In this document: one piece after another, positions 58,558 to 64,000 of the stretch | How positions within the stretch are numbered: the stretch's first letter is position 1 | Layout of the letters: the number at the start of each line of letters is the position of its first letter | Assembly (NCBI GenBank): GCA_963665235.2 | Contig: CAXXLX010000001.1 | Coordinates: 1,600,001 to 1,664,000, forward strand | Length of the DNA stretch: 64,000 nt | Reading direction: 5' to 3' | Origin: Candidatus Poribacteria bacterium | GTDB lineage: Bacteria; Poribacteria; WGA-4E; WGA-3G | Program-made: the position numbers and the translations under genes | The notes under the pieces: model-generated | The model's input: the letters and a program-made list of their open reading frames with translations, nothing else | Told to the model about the DNA's origin: nothing | Databases searched by the model: none

Positions 58558-59676
58558 ATGTTTGTGCCAGTCAAAACAAACGATGGACAACAGCTGATGC
58601 CGATGCATGCCGCACGTGCAAGGAAACTTGTCAAACGCGGTGAAGCAACACCTTATTGGAACAACGGTGTCTATTGTGTCCGTCTCAACAAAACACCGAG
58701 TGATAGAGAAACACAAGACATCGTTGTCGGTGTGGATCCGGGAAGTAAGAAAGAGGGATTTACCGTCAAATCTAAGACGCATACGTATCTGAACGTGCAG
58801 GCAGATGCACATAACAAAGTTGGCAAGAAGGTTGAGAAAAGACGTGAACTCCGCAGCGGTAGGCGTTCTCGGAAGTGTCCGAACCGCAAGAACCGCACCA
58901 ACAAAGGTGCGAACAGACAGAAACTCCCCGCAGGCACGCGTGCCCGTTGGGATTGGAAACTCCGCATCCTGGATTGGCTGTCTGACTTGTATCCGGTCAA
59001 AAAAATCTGTTTGGAGGACATCAAGGCAAGAACGAAACCGGGTAAGAAGCGATGGAACACATCTTTTAGTCCGTTGGAGGTTGGTAAACGGTGGTTTGTC
59101 TCTGAGTTGATAGCACGCTATGGCGTTGGCAATGTGCTTTGCTATAAAGGCAGGTGGACTTCCGCGCGCAGGAAGGCATTAGGATTAGAGAAGATACAAG
59201 ACAAACTCTCTGATGACTTCTATGCACACTGCGTTGATAGTTGGGTGATGGCACATTCGGTTGTCAATGGGGACACAAAGAAAGCGATGGCACTCAAACC
59301 CGACAATACAGCCGTGTTTTGCATATCCCCGATACCCGTAGCAAGGCGTAACTTGCACCGAGAACAGCCGGCAAAGGGCGGAATACGGTCAAGATATGGC
59401 GGAACTGTGTTGGGCAGCGGACTTGTGAAAAACACGCTGATAAAGCACGGCAAACACGGTATCACACGCCTTGCGGGTATTAATGCAAAAGGAGTGTTTT
59501 CTATCTATAGCTTAGAAGGTGAACGCCTCACAACGAGTGCGAAACGCACAGATTTTCAAGTCCTCACACGCTTGAACTTTCAATATAGGAGCGGTGTGAG
59601 GAAAAAGAATGAACTTCGTTCATTTGTTTCCCCTCCCCGTGCTAAAGCAACGGGGTCTCCACACCGAAGATTTTGA
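58558..59676 (+). CDS. isrB: IsrB RNA-guided nickase (RRXRR/PLMP, split RuvC, no HNH)
   Basis: QLMPM, RuvC-I VGVDPGSK, Arg-rich bridge helix RRELRSGRRSRK, RuvC-II CLEDI, RuvC-III AHCVDS; 372 aa. Confidence 0.88.
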   Translation: MFVPVKTNDGQQLMPMHAARARKLVKRGEATPYWNNGVYCVRLNKTPSDRETQDIVVGVDPGSKKEGFTVKSKTHTYLNVQADAHNKVGKKVEKRRELRSGRRSRKCPNRKNRTNKGANRQKLPAGTRARWDWKLRILDWLSDLYPVKKICLEDIKARTKPGKKRWNTSFSPLEVGKRWFVSELIARYGVGNVLCYKGRWTSARRKALGLEKIQDKLSDDFYAHCVDSWVMAHSVVNGDTKKAMALKPDNTAVFCISPIPVARRNLHREQPAKGGIRSRYGGTVLGSGLVKNTLIKHGKHGITRLAGINAKGVFSIYSLEGERLTTSAKRTDFQVLTRLNFQYRSGVRKKNELRSFVSPPRAKATGSPHRRF

Positions 59677-59682
59677 GGAACC

Positions 59683-61218
59683 ATGTTAGCAACACTCATC
59701 CGCCGAGAACTCCTCGACAATTTGATGACGTTCCGCTTCGCTGCAGCAGTTTTCATTATGCTCCTGCTTGTTGTTGCCAATACCTTTGTGCTCACCAAGG
59801 ACTACGAACGACGGTTAACGGCTTACAACACCGCCCTTAAAGCACATAATCAGCAACTACAGGAAAGGAAAACCTATTCGGCGGGTCTATTAAACATCGC
59901 TCGTCCCCCGAATCCATTGAGTATTTTCAATGTCGGGTTGGATAAACGGCTGGGCAACGAAATTTGGGTATCTCACAGCTTTGTGCCAACGTTGTGGGAT
60001 GCTAAAACACACGGGATGACGAATCCACTTCTCAACCTCTTTTCCTCCATCGATATTGTCTTTATCTTTGAGGTGGTGCTGAGTCTGATGGCACTTATCT
60101 TCGCCTATGATGCACTTGCGGGGGAACGCGAGCGTGGCACATTGCGCCTAGTTCTAACGCATCCGGTCAGTCGCGGTCAGATTCTGTTTGCGAAATACAT
60201 CAGTGCAATGATATGTCTGCTGGTGCCGCTGCTGATGAGTCTACTTCTTGCCGTGATTTTGCTGACAACCGCTACCGTTATGTCTCTGGACATGGGTGAT
60301 TTTCTTCGTATCGGCGGAATCGTTTGGACCTCAATTGCATATCTCTCGGTATTTTACTTCATCGGTATGCTAATCTCCGCAGCGACTCGTAGAACCGGCA
60401 CCGCGTTGATGCTTGCTATGTTTGTTTGGGGGTTTTGGGTGCTGGTATATCCGAATGTGATTCTTACCGCAATTGCACCCCTACACGCCTCCGAAGCACG
60501 TATGGCATCTGCTTTCGGTCAAATTCAACAAATATGGGAGGAATTCGACAGAGAGCGAATGCATTTCCTCACGAATGATGCCGTTCCAGGGGAAGACCCA
60601 CATTTTGGTATGACAGGGGAAGAGCCGCATTTCGGCACGATAGCGGGCTCCGGTTTCAACTACGCCTACTTCTATGAAGATGCATCAACACTCGAGTATC
60701 ACTATTTGGCTGGTTCAAACATAGAGAAGCTTAAAGAGGAATCCGAACCCCAAGTGCCGCACGCGCAGAAATATTACCGCTTCCTCGGACAACAGACCGT
60801 TGACACCGCTGGACGAGCAGCACTTATCCGAAGACCAGCACTCGAAACCGTCTACTTTCAACCAGCACAAGTCGATCGAATCCTTTTGCGGATATCGCCA
60901 GTCGGCATGTACGACGCTGCAACACAAGCTTGGGCAGGAACAGACCTTCACGGCCTCAGAGATTTTTTCGAGGCGGCGCGAACCTACCGACGCACCTTGA
61001 TTGACCATTACTACGATAAAAAGATATTTGGGTCTCGACAATGGTTTGCTGCGGACGAGGGGGCGGTGGATTGGAATAGTTTACCGCAGTTCTCTTTTCA
61101 GAGAAGCGATGTTAGCGTAAATGCGGCGCGCGCCCTTCCAGATATCTGTCTACTGTTGATAATCAACCTCGCTCTGTTCGTAGGCATATACCTAATTTTC
61201 CAAAGGAGCGAAGTGTAA
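59683..61218 (+). CDS. ABC-2 type transporter permease
   Basis: LIRRELLDNL, YDALAGERERGTLRLVL, multiple TM segments. Confidence 0.88.
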   Translation: MLATLIRRELLDNLMTFRFAAAVFIMLLLVVANTFVLTKDYERRLTAYNTALKAHNQQLQERKTYSAGLLNIARPPNPLSIFNVGLDKRLGNEIWVSHSFVPTLWDAKTHGMTNPLLNLFSSIDIVFIFEVVLSLMALIFAYDALAGERERGTLRLVLTHPVSRGQILFAKYISAMICLLVPLLMSLLLAVILLTTATVMSLDMGDFLRIGGIVWTSIAYLSVFYFIGMLISAATRRTGTALMLAMFVWGFWVLVYPNVILTAIAPLHASEARMASAFGQIQQIWEEFDRERMHFLTNDAVPGEDPHFGMTGEEPHFGTIAGSGFNYAYFYEDASTLEYHYLAGSNIEKLKEESEPQVPHAQKYYRFLGQQTVDTAGRAALIRRPALETVYFQPAQVDRILLRISPVGMYDAATQAWAGTDLHGLRDFFEAARTYRRTLIDHYYDKKIFGSRQWFAADEGAVDWNSLPQFSFQRSDVSVNAARALPDICLLLIINLALFVGIYLIFQRSEV

Positions 61219-61223
61219 AACAG

Positions 61224-62630
61224 ATGATTTGGCATATTGCGAAACGTGAACTCTATGATAATCTGAATAGCCTCAGGTTTGCGCTTGCAACAGTGTTGCT
61301 TCTCGGTTTGATGCTAACCAACGCAGTTGTACATCTCCGGGAACATCCCGCACGGATGCAAAAATATCACGATGCTGTCACAGAATCGTCGAACCGCTTA
61401 AAATCTCGGAGAGATTTATATGAGATTGCACAATGGGGTCCCGGAAATCTTTACAAAAAACCGTCTCCACTCCATTTCTGTGCAGAGGGGGGCGATATTT
61501 TTTTGTCAGATAGAGTCAATGGCGGATTTGTCTTTTGGACCACCAATGACTTAAGAGGTTTCTGGCAACTGTTATATATCCCCGCGACGCTCAATTCAAA
61601 AAATATTCGTCCGGACACTATCAAAGTGGATTGGATATTTGTAATCGGGTACGTCCTGAGTCTCATCGCTATCCTATTCACCTTTGATTCCATTTCCGGC
61701 GAGCGAAGGCAGGGAACATTACGTTTGACGTTGGCAAACCCAATTCCGCGCCATACCGTCCTAATTGGCAAATTTTTAGGAGCATTGATAAGTATTGTTG
61801 TTCCGTTTACGCTTGCTGTATTAATAAATTTGTTGATAGTCTCCACATCTGGCAATGTCCAACTCAGCACCGACGCGTGGGGCCGCTTAGGCATCATTTT
61901 CCTTATTGCCCTCCTGTACCTGTGTCTATTTCTTGCGTTGGGGTTGTTAGTGTCGTCACGTGTACAGCAGAACGCGGCGAGCCTTGTGATACTCCTGTTG
62001 ATATGGGTTACCTTTGTAGTTTTTATGCCGAGCACACTCGCCTCTATTGCAAGCGGATTTTCAAATCCGATGACTTATGATGAGTTTTTTGAACGCCGAA
62101 AACAACTTCATAATCAACTCAAGAACGAATACGAGACTCGCTTGCAAAACGCCCATGAGTTTTCAGTGAAAAAAACAGAGTTAGGCGGTGAGTATGTCAC
62201 CAATGAAGCCGCACAGCGGGAACGTTTGAGCCAAGAACACTTAACCCAACAGCATGCCCAAATTCAATTGGCACGTTCTGTTACTCGCATCTCCCCGGTT
62301 GTGCTTGTCCAGCATCTTCTTGAGGTTTTTGCCGGAACAGGATTTGAACGCCACCAACAATTTGTGGAGAACGTGCAACGTTATGCCCGCGAATACCGTG
62401 AATTCGTCACGGATATGGATAGGGCCGATCCGGAGAGTCTCCATATTATTGGGGTGCGCGAAGGTATGTCGAAAAAACCGATCAGTCCGGAATCAATTCC
62501 GCTCTTTGAAGACACACTCAGTCTTAGTCGTGATTTCAACGCTGCAGCGATGGATTTGCTGTTGCTAACCTTATTTTTTATCGTTCTTTTCTCCGGAGCC
62601 TTCCTTACCTTTGTCCGGGTTGAAATTTAG
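61224..62630 (+). CDS. ABC-2 type transporter permease
   Basis: IAKRELYDNL, FDSISGERRQGTLRLTL, multiple TM segments; paralog of the upstream gene. Confidence 0.88.
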   Translation: MIWHIAKRELYDNLNSLRFALATVLLLGLMLTNAVVHLREHPARMQKYHDAVTESSNRLKSRRDLYEIAQWGPGNLYKKPSPLHFCAEGGDIFLSDRVNGGFVFWTTNDLRGFWQLLYIPATLNSKNIRPDTIKVDWIFVIGYVLSLIAILFTFDSISGERRQGTLRLTLANPIPRHTVLIGKFLGALISIVVPFTLAVLINLLIVSTSGNVQLSTDAWGRLGIIFLIALLYLCLFLALGLLVSSRVQQNAASLVILLLIWVTFVVFMPSTLASIASGFSNPMTYDEFFERRKQLHNQLKNEYETRLQNAHEFSVKKTELGGEYVTNEAAQRERLSQEHLTQQHAQIQLARSVTRISPVVLVQHLLEVFAGTGFERHQQFVENVQRYAREYREFVTDMDRADPESLHIIGVREGMSKKPISPESIPLFEDTLSLSRDFNAAAMDLLLLTLFFIVLFSGAFLTFVRVEI

Positions 62631-62835
62631 AAGGTATTAAGCAACATTAAATATTTGACCGTTCCCCTCCCGCCATCAATTTTTTTCATTTTTTTTCACT
62701 AAATGCACGTTTTTTAATCAAATTTTCGTCTTTAATAATTATAGGAAGGTGCGCGCGTCCCGTACCGCTTAATTTAATGGTTAAACCTTTTAGCAAATGC
62801 AACATGTTCCAATCTGTTCATTAGGGGGAAGTTTC

Positions 62836-64000
62836 ATGGAAAAAGAAGACGATGCTCAACTAATCCGCAAAATTTTGTCGGGCGACGACGCTGCGTTTGG
62901 TACCCTGGTCGAAAAATACCAAGAGAGCATCCATGCCCTTGCGTGGCGGAAGATTAAAGATTTTCACTATGCTGAAGAAATTATGCAAGACACCTTCCTT
63001 AAAGCATACAAAAAACTTCCGACACTCAAGAATCACAATCAATTCGCAGGGTGGCTCCATGTCATCGCAAACCGCCTTTGCTTCGATTGGATACGAAAAC
63101 AGAAGCCTCCAATGCAATCCCTGGAGAACACACCGCCCGAAGAAATCGCCGAATACTCTTTTACACACTACATGTTGGAACGGCAGGCGACAGAAAGAAA
63201 CGAGTATTGTCAGGAGCTTGTGCAAAAACTTTTGGAAAAACTGCCAGAAAATGAACGCACCACTATAACGCTCTACTATCTTGACGAAATGTCAACGAAA
63301 GAAATCGGCGAATTCATGGGCGTGTCCGTCAACACTGTCACGAGCCGACTTCAACGCGCACGAAAACGGCTACAAACCGATCCGGAACTCTTAAATCAAG
63401 ATGTCTTCGATCACTTAGCACTAACTGATAACCTGAAGGAGAATATTATGAGTCAATTAGAACAACTTCGCAACAAGTTCGATGCATTCATGGAACAGGT
63501 AAAATCCGAGCCTGCATCAAGAGATGATATTCTTAAGGCGGCATCCATCGAGATTGAAGATGCGCTTAAGAATGAAATCACACCTGAGTTGGCACATCTC
63601 GTGGTCGATAATATATATCCACGGATGGGCAAACTCGGCATGGAAAAACGGGTGTTTCTACTCCGTAAGTACATGGATGACGCACCAGATGATAAGGAAC
63701 GTTTCTGGGCACATGAAGGGTTAGTCAATAGCCTCGCTTGTCTCGGGAAAAACCGAGAAGCTGTTGAGGAACATTCTCGACTCTACCGTTGGGCATGCGA
63801 CCACAACTTGCCCGATAAAGATGTGCTGCAGATTATTTCCAATCTAAACAGTGCCGGATGTTGGGCGGCGGAAAATCGTATTGATGACTGGATTCAACTT
63901 TATAAGGAGGCATCTCAACGCCTAGAAAACCCTGAAGTCAGCTACTACAGCCGCTGCGATTTCCTACAAATTGCGGCAGAAGTCTTACGGGCCAACGGCA
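62836..64000 (+). CDS. ECF sigma-70 factor with long helical C-terminal extension (partial, runs off the window)
   Basis: Not in the ORF track. MEKEDDAQLIRKILSGDDAAFGTLVEKYQ...AEEIMQDTFLKAY...FAGWLHVIANRLC...EIGEFMGVSVNTVTSRLQRARKRL, open to base 64000. Confidence 0.9.
   Translation, partial: MEKEDDAQLIRKILSGDDAAFGTLVEKYQESIHALAWRKIKDFHYAEEIMQDTFLKAYKKLPTLKNHNQFAGWLHVIANRLCFDWIRKQKPPMQSLENTPPEEIAEYSFTHYMLERQATERNEYCQELVQKLLEKLPENERTTITLYYLDEMSTKEIGEFMGVSVNTVTSRLQRARKRLQTDPELLNQDVFDHLALTDNLKENIMSQLEQLRNKFDAFMEQVKSEPASRDDILKAASIEIEDALKNEITPELAHLVVDNIYPRMGKLGMEKRVFLLRKYMDDAPDDKERFWAHEGLVNSLACLGKNREAVEEHSRLYRWACDHNLPDKDVLQIISNLNSAGCWAAENRIDDWIQLYKEASQRLENPEVSYYSRCDFLQIAAEVLRANG

Larger units (their letters stand above)
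58347..59676 (+). mobile_element. Non-autonomous IS200/IS605-family OMEGA element (omegaRNA + isrB)
   Basis: Left end GTCAATAACCCCCAGCTAAAGCATGGGGGCTTG; right-end hairpin CCCCGTGCTAAAGCAACGGGG; no tnpA. Confidence 0.85.

Noticed and set aside
58558-59676. IscB or Cas9
   Set aside because: No HNH or CxxC insert between RuvC-II and RuvC-III, and no array; it fits IsrB.

Overview
A 64-kb bacterial chromosome segment. Gene content suggests Candidatus Poribacteria or a relative: many TPR/PD40/NHL proteins, a DUF1549/1553 protein, paired ABC-2 permeases, ECF sigma factors with long extensions, and exported proteins ending in a V-x-P-x-x-K-x4-W-G-x-L-K tail. This taxonomy is an inference. Housekeeping loci include trpDC, birA, thrB, ftsY, gdhA-pdxJ, rnpA-yidD-yidC-jag-mnmE, tilS-hpt and three tRNAs. 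A CP-ATP-grasp/alpha-E/transglutaminase-DUF2126 operon carries two single-base frameshifts. Features most worth follow-up: (1) an exported thioredoxin-TPR selenoprotein (W-U-G-W-C with a SECIS-like hairpin) that the ORF track splits in two; (2) an intact IsrB OMEGA element inserted at the RBS of an ABC operon; (3) two orphan TnpB-type omegaRNA scaffolds with covarying stems and different guides, one downstream of a strong promoter and an unknown pseudoknotted RNA; (4) a shared C-terminal WGxLK tail (candidate sorting signal) and a repeated secreted Ig-like + PD40 gene cassette; (5) a PorV-like barrel fused to a lytic transglycosylase; (6) a (GTTT)6 tract that may phase-vary a secreted protein; (7) modular GTAG-REP/MITE repeats, one of them in frame inside a protein. 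All calls come from reading the sequence; no database searches were run.
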